Part shown: positions 20,757 through 30,395 of the stretch, one piece after another | How positions within the stretch are numbered: position 1 is the first letter of the stretch | How the letters are laid out: the number at the start of each line of letters is the position of its first letter | Source: a virus | Length of the DNA stretch: 64,000 nt | Strand: one strand, 5' to 3' | Virus record (IMG/VR): IMGVR_UViG_3300036770_008028 | Coordinates: 93,499-157,498 of that record | Made by a program: the position numbers and the translations under genes | The notes under the pieces: model-generated | Told to the model about the DNA's origin: nothing | The model's database searches: none | What the model saw: only the letters and a program-made list of their open reading frames with translations

Positions 20757-21983
20757 CTAGTAGCGTCCCTGTAGTTCCGGGATCAGTGCATCCAGGCTGG
20801 TGGACCGGATGGTATCATAACTACGTATTATGTCCTGCATCTGCGCCCATGCAGGATCAACAACTGCTTGCTGGCAGTGAGCCAGCATGGCTTGTACGCA
20901 TTCCATAGATCGATGCCAATCTGATACACAGCGAAAGTTGCTTTGTCTGGACTGGACCAATTTCGCAGCCCTAGTCAACCTTTCGATAGACAACTGGATG
21001 AGATCTGTGGGCAAATTGGCCACTGCCAGCGAACGGGGCCACATGATATATTCTAGGCTGTGGCGAAGTCCCCGTTCGCTGGCAAAATCGATCAGACGAT
21101 CTACAGCCAACACATTGAGTCCGTACAGCACTGTGTGCAGATCCATGTCGGGAAATCTAAGTTGACATGCGTCTACAAATTGCATTTTTTTTTGCCAATT
21201 GCTGGGATATCTCAGATATTCGTCCAGGGCACCGTGACCATCCACGCTGACAGTGATTGAGACCTTCTGGAACTGATCCAACAAGTCCATGAAAGACTCT
21301 TTGACATTCACACCATTGGTGGTAATTATCAGTCTTATATGTTGACTATGACCTTGATCCACACACCACCCTAGATAGTCATGCAATGGTCTACTGATGG
21401 TGGGCTCGCCGCCAGCCAAATTGATCCATTGCAGTTGTGGGGTGATCAGTTTTAGTCTATCGAGATCGTCTACAGTGAGCGAAAACACCTGATCTGTTCC
21501 AGCGGTCACAGCAAATCTTGATTTTTCGTGGATAGGCCAGCCAAGTCGATCGTAATCTTTTTTGATACTGCGGCTGTAATTGGGATTGCAAGTGATACAG
21601 CGCAATTGGCATAGATTGCCGCAACTGAGATTGAGTCCCTGGATCAGTGATCTGGACTCAATGTTATCGATCAAATGCTGCATATCAATATCATCGACCT
21701 CGTTCCGACCTAGATACCGAAGGTTGCGACGTTGGCGCATGCTGGTTTTTCCATCGGCTTCATTGCGCCAACACAGATCGCATTCGGGCACCGCATCGCC
21801 GTTGATAAATCTCCTACGGAGATCGACCATGTATCCGCCGTACCAGTGTTGATCAAGACCAACGGAACGGCTGTCGTTGTGCTGCACTAAACTTTGATTC
21901 TCTTTGCAACATAGACCATACTTGAATTCCGGATTGATCCATATTTCATACCATGGCACTGAGCAAATGCGCTTGGCAGTCAT
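20757..21983 (-). CDS. Radical SAM protein (twitch/SPASM-type)
   Basis: CQLRCITC, AGGEP, TTNG, SVDG and YLRYPSNW motifs. Confidence 0.9.
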   Translation of the reverse strand: MTAKRICSVPWYEIWINPEFKYGLCCKENQSLVQHNDSRSVGLDQHWYGGYMVDLRRRFINGDAVPECDLCWRNEADGKTSMRQRRNLRYLGRNEVDDIDMQHLIDNIESRSLIQGLNLSCGNLCQLRCITCNPNYSRSIKKDYDRLGWPIHEKSRFAVTAGTDQVFSLTVDDLDRLKLITPQLQWINLAGGEPTISRPLHDYLGWCVDQGHSQHIRLIITTNGVNVKESFMDLLDQFQKVSITVSVDGHGALDEYLRYPSNWQKKMQFVDACQLRFPDMDLHTVLYGLNVLAVDRLIDFASERGLRHSLEYIMWPRSLAVANLPTDLIQLSIERLTRAAKLVQSRQSNFRCVSDWHRSMECVQAMLAHCQQAVVDPAWAQMQDIIRSYDTIRSTSLDALIPELQGRY

Positions 21984-22726
21984 TGATCAAACCATTGTTG
22001 TTTGACGCTGCAGTTCGTCATGTGCAACAGTTCTGCGTTCAGGCTGTGCCGATCGATCCGACCAACCAACACGTAACGAGTCCAACTGTCGGTATTGATC
22101 ACGCTGTGCAGCCAGGTCTGATTGTTCACCAAGTAGATGTACCCGCATCTGTGTTGCAGGTAACCCGCTGGCCAAAATTTCAGATTGGCTGCGCAAGGGT
22201 TCAACGGCATCCAGAAATATTCCATAGTGGTGGTTCCCTGGACTTTGGGATCTCGATGAGGTTGTATCCAACCTCCTGGTGCCAAGGCCTTGACATCTGC
22301 CCAGTGAAGGCGTATGCCTAATTCGCGCATGCGTTCGCGGATGTCTTGACACACTTCGGGATGCAACCGTGGACGGACAACTTCTGCTGGCATTTGTGTG
22401 CCGGAAATCTGAGCCGCCAGGGCAGGATAGTGGTCACGGAGAATAGCACATTGTTGCCAGCCTTTTTGGTGCTCGGTTGCGAACCATGAACGCCCTTGCG
22501 ACTGATTGTGTAATCTACGATTCTGTTGTTCTGCGATTTCGTCAAACAATACGTGGTGTTCTTGTTCCAGAATCTTAGCACTGTGGTGAGTATCGAATTT
22601 GATGGGCAGTTCAACCCAGGGAATGTCAGTTCTATACCAAAAGGTTTCTGGATCCCACGACCACACTCCGGTAGGCCGGTAGCCGGGAAAATCTGCTGCA
22701 TGGAAATCTGCGGTGTATTGATTCAT
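21980..22726 (-). CDS. 2OG-Fe(II) oxygenase (aspartyl/asparaginyl beta-hydroxylase-like)
   Basis: LAPGGWIQPHRD (HxD) ... LHSVIN...R. Confidence 0.75.
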   Translation of the reverse strand: MNQYTADFHAADFPGYRPTGVWSWDPETFWYRTDIPWVELPIKFDTHHSAKILEQEHHVLFDEIAEQQNRRLHNQSQGRSWFATEHQKGWQQCAILRDHYPALAAQISGTQMPAEVVRPRLHPEVCQDIRERMRELGIRLHWADVKALAPGGWIQPHRDPKVQGTTTMEYFWMPLNPCAANLKFWPAGYLQHRCGYIYLVNNQTWLHSVINTDSWTRYVLVGRIDRHSLNAELLHMTNCSVKQQWFDQ

Positions 22727-23193
22727 GAGCGCTCGGCACACCATTGCCAGAATGGCGTGGTAAAGTCCATGCTCCAGATGCCATTCAACCTTAGTTGAGT
22801 GGCTCCGGCATATATGGGGTCGATATGGATACCGCGTGCGGACATGTCGTTGACCCAGGCCTCCGGCATGCTGTGGCGGAATGTGCCCGCGCCATACAAA
22901 AGATGTTCCAGGCGTATACTGGCTATCTCGATGTCCATGATTTCAACATAATGATCTATAATATCGTCCTGGTCCAGCACTAGATCCTGATCTGTTTTGT
23001 CTCGCATGATCAATTGCAAACGATTGACAGATTGTAAATCAGCATCATAGGCTAGTATCTGGCATTCTTGACACTGCGAATACGGGCTGGCCCACAGCAG
23101 ACGCTGTGCTAACCGCTGACCATTGAGCCAAACTTCGACGGTTGGTCTGCGACGGCCATAATGGAACTGCAAGAAAAATTTGATTGTTGTCAT
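22723..23193 (-). CDS. Hypothetical protein
   Basis: Coupled 156-aa ORF. Confidence 0.6.
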   Translation of the reverse strand: MTTIKFFLQFHYGRRRPTVEVWLNGQRLAQRLLWASPYSQCQECQILAYDADLQSVNRLQLIMRDKTDQDLVLDQDDIIDHYVEIMDIEIASIRLEHLLYGAGTFRHSMPEAWVNDMSARGIHIDPIYAGATQLRLNGIWSMDFTTPFWQWCAERS

Positions 23194-23213
23194 CGATAAT
23201 CACTGTGTGGCAC

Positions 23214-24338
23214 TTACTTAGCGTGTGATAGATGTCTGAGATTTGATGCCAGAGGCCTCACAGGATACCAATCACTCAGTATGACTGGCAACCAATCACT
23301 ATCTCGCTGGTGTGGCACAGCAATTTTCGTAATCGTTTCTATGTCGCGCAATCCTTGTTGCCAGACTCCAAGTTCACTGCTGTTTTTATCATGGATGAGG
23401 TTTTTGGCTGACATACTTTCGGGACTGTTTGGATTTTGCGCGACTCGTGACTTAAGCCATCCCTGCCGCGCGCTGCTGTTGTCTACACAGGTTCGGCCCA
23501 TGGCTCGGTTCCACACTTCATATTGCCAGTCCAGACATTGGTTACCTTGCACTTTGTGGAAATGATCAAACCCGTCAGGACCCATGACCATTATCATATT
23601 TTCAAAATGATCTATGGCCATGTGACACTGAGCCACGTGCAAATCGGTCAGATCATTGGTCATGTAGAAGAATTCGCAATCGGTATTCATGTACTGATAC
23701 ATTCCGGCATCAACACCGAAATTGTACCATGTACCGTCGGCAAGCAGCACCCGAGGTTTGTCGTGAGCCCAGATATCAGCGCGTCGGCTGTGTTGGTCAA
23801 TGATCCGGGCAGTGCTAGATATATGATTTTGTAAAAAATATCTATGCATTTTTGGATACATAATGCTGCAGCCAGGACTGAAAATCCAATCTTCCCCTAG
23901 ATCACAGTATACCGAAGCAAAATGCCAGTGGTTGACAGGTACATGATTTACCACAAGTTTGGGCATGTGCTGTTGTTTTACCTGATGTGCGTAAGATACC
24001 GCACTGTGGATTTCGGGATCATCAAACCACTGCCGATCATAGATCACCACCTCATCCAAGGCGATGCCATTGGCAACGAAGGCATCCAACACAGTGGTAC
24101 TGTCCCATCCCCCGCTGAACCATAGAGTCAACCAATCATATCGGTCGCGCAGTTGCAGGCAACGCTGTCGAAGTAGGTCTTGCCATGTCGCAGACGGTCT
24201 TGCAAAATTGCACTGCCCAAATGTGGAGCGTAAAAAATTGAAACGTATACGAGATACATCTCCTTGTGCCTCTCGGAAAGCATCTATCTTGCTATGTGTA
24301 CGATAATTTCCCACCTCATAATAAAGTTCCTGTATCAT
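23214..24338 (-). CDS. PP-loop (adenine nucleotide alpha hydrolase-like) protein
   Basis: LWFSGGWDS PP-loop motif. Confidence 0.65.
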   Translation of the reverse strand: MIQELYYEVGNYRTHSKIDAFREAQGDVSRIRFNFLRSTFGQCNFARPSATWQDLLRQRCLQLRDRYDWLTLWFSGGWDSTTVLDAFVANGIALDEVVIYDRQWFDDPEIHSAVSYAHQVKQQHMPKLVVNHVPVNHWHFASVYCDLGEDWIFSPGCSIMYPKMHRYFLQNHISSTARIIDQHSRRADIWAHDKPRVLLADGTWYNFGVDAGMYQYMNTDCEFFYMTNDLTDLHVAQCHMAIDHFENMIMVMGPDGFDHFHKVQGNQCLDWQYEVWNRAMGRTCVDNSSARQGWLKSRVAQNPNSPESMSAKNLIHDKNSSELGVWQQGLRDIETITKIAVPHQRDSDWLPVILSDWYPVRPLASNLRHLSHAK

Positions 24339-25084
24339 CTACGTGGTATCAATCTTGAAAATGACCATGACATGATGCCACCCAAAATCATGATCATGAG
24401 CAGGCACGCGTAGACCTCTAGGTGATCGAATCTTCCCTTGAAGTCATACATCAAGGTACCAATGCCAATGTGTCCACCCACTGTGCCAAACACTATTTCG
24501 ACCGCAAACAGGATGCGCCACAGGAACATGAAATAGGTTTTGCTCAATGACACCAATCCCGGCAGCATGCTGGGCACATAGACCTTGATCACTGCCTGCC
24601 ACGGCGTGAGTCTTAGGTCACGTATCTGTCGGCTCCATGTGTCGTGACTGATGGTCACTAAGCTGTACACACTAGGCAAAAAAACCCAAAGCACGCCCCA
24701 TGTCATGAGGGTGAAAATCAGGCTCTGTGAAAATCCAAAGAAGATCAAAAAAACCGGTAACCAACTCATGGTCGGGGTGGGTCCCAGCATATCACAAAAA
24801 TTTATGGTGAGCCGTCGGGCAAATTTGTTAGGGTATGTGGCCAGTACAATGACCAACATAAGAATCGACACCATGGCAAATGATACCACTGTCATCCAAA
24901 CGCTGTTTGCCACTGCCTCTAGAAATTGCACCCTGCCCAGCATTTCAACCAGTTTTATCAGTACCAAATGTAGATGCGGCCACAGCAGCTGATTGTCTAC
25001 CACCCATGCTGTGGTCTGCCACAGCATGGCCAGCAGTAGCAGCATGGCCAGTCTAGTCTGAAAGGTATTGTTTGACATGGTCAT
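24335..25084 (-). CDS. ABC transporter permease (NitT/TauT/SsuC type)
   Basis: Multiple transmembrane segments; WLPVFLIFFG, VYVPSMLP, W..LFAVE and GIG motifs. Confidence 0.85.
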   Translation of the reverse strand: MTMSNNTFQTRLAMLLLLAMLWQTTAWVVDNQLLWPHLHLVLIKLVEMLGRVQFLEAVANSVWMTVVSFAMVSILMLVIVLATYPNKFARRLTINFCDMLGPTPTMSWLPVFLIFFGFSQSLIFTLMTWGVLWVFLPSVYSLVTISHDTWSRQIRDLRLTPWQAVIKVYVPSMLPGLVSLSKTYFMFLWRILFAVEIVFGTVGGHIGIGTLMYDFKGRFDHLEVYACLLMIMILGGIMSWSFSRLIPRR

Positions 25085-25682
25085 AGGTGATTTGTTCCGG
25101 TCGGAGTTTGATCAATGAGTCTGGGGTCAGCATGCAGCAGTGATCCGACAGCAAAGCGGCCTCGTCGATGTTGTGTGTGATCCATAGCACTCCTAAATTT
25201 TGTTCCCTGACCAATCTACGGAAGTCATCTGCTATGGTCATCGCAGTGAAACTATCCAGATGATTCAACGGTTCATCGCACAGCAGCAGTTCTGCTCCAC
25301 GATATATAGATCTCAACAACACAAAGCGCTGCCGTTGACCACCGCTGATCTCGTCAGGTCTGCGATCGATCAGCGGTGTAAGTTTCCAGCGCTCCGCCAC
25401 TGTGGTCCAGGCTTCATTGACCTTGGCCAGCAGGAAATTTTGTTTCACGGTCATCCAGGGAAACAGTTGATTGTCTCCCTGGTACACACTGTGCAAGATT
25501 GGCTTGCCTATGATTCGACCTTGGTGTGCAAGGTCACCTCTGATGGACTCCAACAAGGTAGTTTTGCCCACCCCACTGCGGCCCATCAGTACCAGAATTT
25601 CTCCTGGCCTGATTTCGAGGTCAACCTGCGGTAGGCAAGCCACACCCTGCCGCAAGGGTTGAAAACCTTCAAGACGTATCAC
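25053..25682 (-). CDS. ABC transporter ATP-binding subunit
   Basis: GRSGVGKT, ISGGQRQR, LLLCDEP and ITH motifs. Confidence 0.93.
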   Translation of the reverse strand: MIRLEGFQPLRQGVACLPQVDLEIRPGEILVLMGRSGVGKTTLLESIRGDLAHQGRIIGKPILHSVYQGDNQLFPWMTVKQNFLLAKVNEAWTTVAERWKLTPLIDRRPDEISGGQRQRFVLLRSIYRGAELLLCDEPLNHLDSFTAMTIADDFRRLVREQNLGVLWITHNIDEAALLSDHCCMLTPDSLIKLRPEQITYDHVKQYLSD

Positions 25683-26641
25683 AGCAGATCTTCGCGCCAG
25701 ATGATGCTTTTTTGGTCCCAAGACTTCATGCTGCCTGCAGGTAGCATGCCCATTTCTTCAGTTAGATGCAACCAATCCATCACAGCAGGTGTGAATTTGG
25801 TAAAGGCAACTATGTTCATCTCTTTGTAGTAGCGCACGATGGTATCAGCGTCAAGGTCTTTGAGATCATGTCTTTCTACCATGGCTCGCGCCAGGACCGG
25901 CATGTTAGTGTTGTACTCCTGCTGAGCCACCTTGATGGTATCCAGCAAGGCCAGTGCCAATTTGGGATTGTCTTTGGCCCATTGTGTGTTGATCACTGCA
26001 GAATTAAGAAAGCCGGTTTGACCGGGATACAGCACTCGGTTACCCATTTCGCGCAATTTATTGCTGATTGGTGCTCCTTGGATAGCACAATCAATACCTT
26101 TCGTCCCACTGGCAAATGCCTGCAGTGTCTGTACTTGGCTGAGCAACACGATCTGGTCTTCCAGCGCCAAGGGGTCACCAAAATTATCGCGGGCCAGTTT
26201 CTGGATGATCAGATGACTGCCGCTCTGCTTGCCCGAAATGATGATGCTGCGTTTGTTGGCTTTGATGTCCTGGATATCTTTCACATAGGGCTTGCAGACC
26301 AATGGGGCGTCTGAAGTATTGAACATGCTGATAAATTGCAGTTTTCCCGGAGACTCTTTGTGCAGTTTTACGATGGTGGGCAAACTGGCAATGTTGATGT
26401 GGCTCTTGCCAGTCATGAGATTGGTCAAGGCCTCCACTGAGCCTCTGGAATATTGGATTTCCAATTTTGCGTTGTTGATGCCGTGGCGCTTGGCCACTTC
26501 CGGAAAGTGTTTTTGCATGGACAGCACGATCATTTCCGGACTGGCCAATTTTACTGCGGTCAAAGTGAGCGTCTCGGCCCAGGCCACGGATGTGGTCAGT
26601 GCAGCGGCCATGACGGTCCCTAAAAAGATGCGTTTCATCAA
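25679..26641 (-). CDS. ABC transporter substrate-binding protein (NMT1/SsuA-like)
   Basis: Signal peptide ending AWA; first gene of the ABC operon. Confidence 0.8.
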   Translation of the reverse strand: MMKRIFLGTVMAAALTTSVAWAETLTLTAVKLASPEMIVLSMQKHFPEVAKRHGINNAKLEIQYSRGSVEALTNLMTGKSHINIASLPTIVKLHKESPGKLQFISMFNTSDAPLVCKPYVKDIQDIKANKRSIIISGKQSGSHLIIQKLARDNFGDPLALEDQIVLLSQVQTLQAFASGTKGIDCAIQGAPISNKLREMGNRVLYPGQTGFLNSAVINTQWAKDNPKLALALLDTIKVAQQEYNTNMPVLARAMVERHDLKDLDADTIVRYYKEMNIVAFTKFTPAVMDWLHLTEEMGMLPAGSMKSWDQKSIIWREDLL

Positions 26642-26818
26642 AAAATCTCCATAAAGATGTAAGTGAAATTGCTAGTAGAAGAACTCTACACACGGTAGGC
26701 GTTCTGTAGTAACACTACAGTAAAGACATTGATATGTCAAGCGTCTAAGAAAATCCGACGTCGAACCATTCGGCGCTGCTGAATTTATTTATTGCAGCAA
26801 ATCGTGTTAAATAAAAAA

Positions 26819-27382
26819 ATGAATGACTATTTTTTCCAACCAATAGATCTGCCACCGCTTCCGGAGCGCTTTGTCGAACAGGCTCTGACTGGAACTCGGA
26901 CTGATCTCTTGGTGACCAGCGTTGACAGGCAGATACATGATCGAGGCAGTGTTTATCGTAATGCACAACTACAACGCTGGCGACTTAGCCAAGATCTGGT
27001 AGAGTGGCTGCACCAACAGGGCATCAAAGGATTCGACGACGTTTCGGTACAGACCATACAGCAAGGCGATACCTTGGGCCCGCACACTGACAGTTGGCAA
27101 AGCTGCAAACTGTTCTATCTTTTGGAACCGGGTGGTCCAAACGTGGAAACGATATGGTATCAGCAACCAGGACATGATTTGATCCGGGAAAAATTCCTTT
27201 TGATTGAAGATACCAAGGACCTTGAAGTGGTTCATAGGATGGTTATTCCACCGCGGCAGTGGGGCTTCATCAATGTGCGAATTATACATGAAGTAAAAAA
27301 CATGACCAACCGCAGAGAAACTGTGGTTGCCAGTTTCACTGACTACATCGATTTCTCACCTTTGGTGGTGCAGAAAAAATAG
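26819..27382 (+). CDS. Cupin/2OG-Fe(II) oxygenase-like protein
   Basis: LGPHTD ... IIHEV..M...R; paralog of 49581-50216. Confidence 0.6.
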   Translation: MNDYFFQPIDLPPLPERFVEQALTGTRTDLLVTSVDRQIHDRGSVYRNAQLQRWRLSQDLVEWLHQQGIKGFDDVSVQTIQQGDTLGPHTDSWQSCKLFYLLEPGGPNVETIWYQQPGHDLIREKFLLIEDTKDLEVVHRMVIPPRQWGFINVRIIHEVKNMTNRRETVVASFTDYIDFSPLVVQKK

Positions 27383-27401
27383 GCCCCATAACAGGGCCTA
27401 T
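27375..27401 (-). terminator. Intrinsic terminator after tmRNA
   Basis: ATAGGCCC-TGTTATG-GGGCCTAT hairpin followed by a T run on the minus strand. Confidence 0.75.
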
Positions 27402-27706
27402 CCTGACATTTTTGATAACAAGGCATGTCTGCCCCGGAGATCATGCTGCTAAGGCAAAGATCTCGTCATTGGATGCGTTGGCATCTATTGGTTTTGCTTG
27501 ATTTAGGGTCATCGCCTACCCCGCTGTCCACTCGGCTACTCCTTGCCCTGTCGAAACCATGTTCAGGCCCATCATAAGCAGTCGCAATCGGTATAGGTTG
27601 ATCAAATCTATACCAATCCGTCCTAAGCGTAACAACTGCTTATGGTGGACCTGCCGGGATTCGAACCCGGGTCCAGAACACATTTTGCTCTGCTTCATAC
27701 AGCGAT
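27402..27706 (-). ncRNA. ssrA: Circularly permuted (two-piece) tmRNA
   Basis: The acceptor piece (...GGTTCGAATCCCGGCAGGTCCACCA, ends 27643) precedes the coding piece (GGGCCTGAACATGGTTTCGAC, starts 27570). G3-U70 pair present. Tag ANASNDEIFALAA* at 27482-27441. Outer ends are approximate. Confidence 0.93.
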
Positions 27707-27826
27707 AATGACGAAACTGCCAGGACATGTACGGGCTTCGCCTGCCCTAAGGCCTCACACCTTATCGATCTTGCCAGTGGATTGATCAAGCGCCACTGGG
27801 GATATACTCCTGCACAGTAAGTCTAT

Positions 27827-28825
27827 TTATTTTACACTGATTGCAAGATTTTGCAACCAGTTTCCAAAATCTCCTGTCCAATCTTGTCGCCACTGGCGCA
27901 GGAGAGACTGGTTGTGCTCGGCCGCCTGCTGCAATCTCCCTGCATGACACCCGAGATCTTTTATGCTGGCCAGAGCCGACACAACGAATCGATCTGTCTT
28001 GGCCTGTGCTCGTGTCAGTGTGTCATATCCATGATCTACCAGATCATCCAAGACATCAAACCCAAGATAGCGCAAACGTTGCACAGCGAATCTGCCGGCA
28101 AATACCACCCAGGGTCTGGGCAATTGCAGTGCTGTAAAGATCTTCTCGCTGAACGCCACAGAATCGTCGCTGCTGTAGGTCTCAACCACGATGTTTAATC
28201 GGGCAGATTGCAGGGCTTGATCATGATCAAAATCGTGATTGCGATAGGGCATCTTTGGCGCCAATCGCCCATAGGTTTTTTGATAGCGATTCTGTATCTC
28301 GGATCCAAGATTGGTCCATTGGTGTCGTAAGTTGTCTTGGGCCTGTTGGTGATTGTGCTGGCGCCAATTTTCCGGAATCACACAGTTGAAATTAACAGTG
28401 CCTTGGTGTAGATGTATTTTTTCGCTGAGTGCCAGCATGAGTTCCAACCGCACAGCATCTATTCTGTTGATCAAGAAACTGTAGTCACGCTCAGCGGGTT
28501 GATTGATCACAGGGCTGTAACCATAGATCCCATGCCAGGAATCTGGCAAACGGATCACGGTGGCGTTGCAGGGCCTGGATATCACGGTGTCAGTGATTAC
28601 GATGTCTCCCGCTGCAAAATCATTTATGTCGATCATGGCGGCAACATCGTCTACCAGGCATATGGCCGCTCTTTTTTGACCACGCCGCCAGACGTATGTG
28701 TGTTCTTGTTGGAATCCTGCGATTTCTACACAGGTCTTGACAAAGGCCAGAGAATTGGCTTCTGATTGGACATATCCACTGCGGGACATGATTTCATTTT
28801 GGAACACATCGTGTGCAGTGGTCAT
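27827..28825 (-). CDS. Glycosyltransferase-like protein (same family)
   Basis: IVVETY...FSEKIF.AL...PW...GFDVLDDLVDHGYD. Confidence 0.6.
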   Translation of the reverse strand: MTTAHDVFQNEIMSRSGYVQSEANSLAFVKTCVEIAGFQQEHTYVWRRGQKRAAICLVDDVAAMIDINDFAAGDIVITDTVISRPCNATVIRLPDSWHGIYGYSPVINQPAERDYSFLINRIDAVRLELMLALSEKIHLHQGTVNFNCVIPENWRQHNHQQAQDNLRHQWTNLGSEIQNRYQKTYGRLAPKMPYRNHDFDHDQALQSARLNIVVETYSSDDSVAFSEKIFTALQLPRPWVVFAGRFAVQRLRYLGFDVLDDLVDHGYDTLTRAQAKTDRFVVSALASIKDLGCHAGRLQQAAEHNQSLLRQWRQDWTGDFGNWLQNLAISVK

Positions 28826-28840
28826 GATGCAAAGGTATAT

Positions 28841-29398
28841 ATGGACATGAGATATTTACTGTGCTGGCTGTCTGACACTGACATTAATCTGTTGCGTCCG
28901 GCCTTGGATGTGGATGGATTGTTAGATCTGGCCAATCAGGGCGATCCAGATGCCTTGGCCAATATGGTGCGATTGAATTGGATGGTATCGGATGTGCGCC
29001 ACACAGGCATCATCAAACCTGTGTTCGTACGAGATCACACCATGGATGTGATAGTGGGAGACACACGCATCATGGCTGCTCGTTTGGCAGGACTACAGCG
29101 CGTACCGGTAATGGCTTATCTCAAACAGGCACAGGGCATGACATGTTCATCTATACATGATATCTTGACACTGACCGGGTTCGGCTCTGATGCATCAATA
29201 CACTGGACTCCTGCCGACATAGACATACTGTCAGAACCACCTGCCTGGATAGACATCGGCGATAGTCGCACACAGCATCACGGACACGATCAGCAACGGC
29301 GACTAGAGGTCATGCAAGATTATGTCAAAAAAAATCCCCAACCCTTAAGCCGAGACTGGTTGCTCGAGCCCAGAGATTGGGGAGACATTTTTAACTAG
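28841..29398 (+). CDS. ParB/Srx-like domain protein
   Basis: GIIKPVFV...VIVGDTRIMAARLAG...VPV. Confidence 0.5.
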   Translation: MDMRYLLCWLSDTDINLLRPALDVDGLLDLANQGDPDALANMVRLNWMVSDVRHTGIIKPVFVRDHTMDVIVGDTRIMAARLAGLQRVPVMAYLKQAQGMTCSSIHDILTLTGFGSDASIHWTPADIDILSEPPAWIDIGDSRTQHHGHDQQRRLEVMQDYVKKNPQPLSRDWLLEPRDWGDIFN

Positions 29399-29549
29399 GC
29401 ACCTGTCTCGGAAGATAAGGCACCGATCGTGGCCCATGCAATTGTTGCAACAAGCGTCGCGCTTCTTCGGCAGTTTCGGCCCCGATCCTGACCTTTATTT
29501 CTTCGGTGCCCGGACCTGGCTGCCTCACAGTGGCTTCCCATAGTTTCAT
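29391..29549 (-). CDS. Small hypothetical phage protein
   Basis: MKLWEATVRQ...AETAEEARRLLQQLHG. Confidence 0.6.
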   Translation of the reverse strand: MKLWEATVRQPGPGTEEIKVRIGAETAEEARRLLQQLHGPRSVPYLPRQVPS

Positions 29550-29551
29550 AG

Positions 29552-30160
29552 TCAGTCCACTATGGGTCCGTTGCCGTTGCGAAAGCCCACGGTACCACCT
29601 TCGGCTTCGATGCGCTTGATCACATCCTCGAACAAGATAGGCGCGAAGTCCGGAGTCTGCTCTACACAAACGCAGTGGTAACGACTATCGAGTTCTGTGC
29701 CGTAAAGAGTCGCTCCGGTACGAGCATCAACGCCACGAGCTCGACGCACGCGTTGGTAATGCAAGTGTCCATGGATGTTGGTGCCAAAGCGACCAAGGCT
29801 GGCTTCGTGAACAGGAATATGACTAAGGATCATTCCGTTCATCACATGGTAAGCACGCAGTTCACGGAAGTACTCACGGTATTCATCATCGCGGAAGATG
29901 TCGTGGTTGCCACGGATAAGCACCTTGTCGCCGTTGATGCGAGCAAGAGTCTTGAGACTCTTCCGGTTGATTACGACGTCTCCGAGGTGATATACCTTGT
30001 CTTGAGGTCGGACACGTTCGTTCCACACCCGCACCAGATGTTCATCCATCTCTTCTGGATCTGTCCAAGGCCGCAGTTTGCTACCGTCGTCTCGGGTGAA
30101 GCGGCACACACCAGCGTGACCAAAGTGCGTGTCAGATACTAACCATACTGCTGGCATCAT
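29552..30160 (-). CDS. Calcineurin-like metallophosphoesterase
   Basis: SDTHFGH, LGDV, GNHD, SHIP and HGHLH motifs. Confidence 0.92.
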   Translation of the reverse strand: MMPAVWLVSDTHFGHAGVCRFTRDDGSKLRPWTDPEEMDEHLVRVWNERVRPQDKVYHLGDVVINRKSLKTLARINGDKVLIRGNHDIFRDDEYREYFRELRAYHVMNGMILSHIPVHEASLGRFGTNIHGHLHYQRVRRARGVDARTGATLYGTELDSRYHCVCVEQTPDFAPILFEDVIKRIEAEGGTVGFRNGNGPIVD

Positions 30161-30178
30161 GCCCCCCTTTCTTGGTGA

Positions 30179-30340
30179 TTATCTGCCCCGACCAGTGGTT
30201 TTTTTCTGCGGTCGGTTGTTACCCACACGCACTGGTGCGGTGGCTGTGATCTTGACTTCAGTACCATCTGTAGTCTTGGTATCGGGATTTTGCTGTGCTC
30301 TTTTTTTGGCCAGCGCTTCTTTCAATCCTTTGATGCTCAT
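30179..30340 (-). CDS. Small basic protein
   Basis: CAGGAG Shine-Dalgarno; MSIKGLKEAL...GRGR. Confidence 0.55.
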   Translation of the reverse strand: MSIKGLKEALAKKRAQQNPDTKTTDGTEVKITATAPVRVGNNRPQKKTTGRGR

Positions 30341-30395
30341 TGAGATCTCCTGTCGGGGCATGGCAGCGAGAGGTCGATGCTTCGTAAGCATCTGC

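Noticed and set aside
26642-26745. Riboswitch in the ABC transporter leader
   Set aside because: There are short stems (CTAC/GTAG, AGAAC/GTTCT) but no recognisable TPP or SAM consensus; too weak to report.
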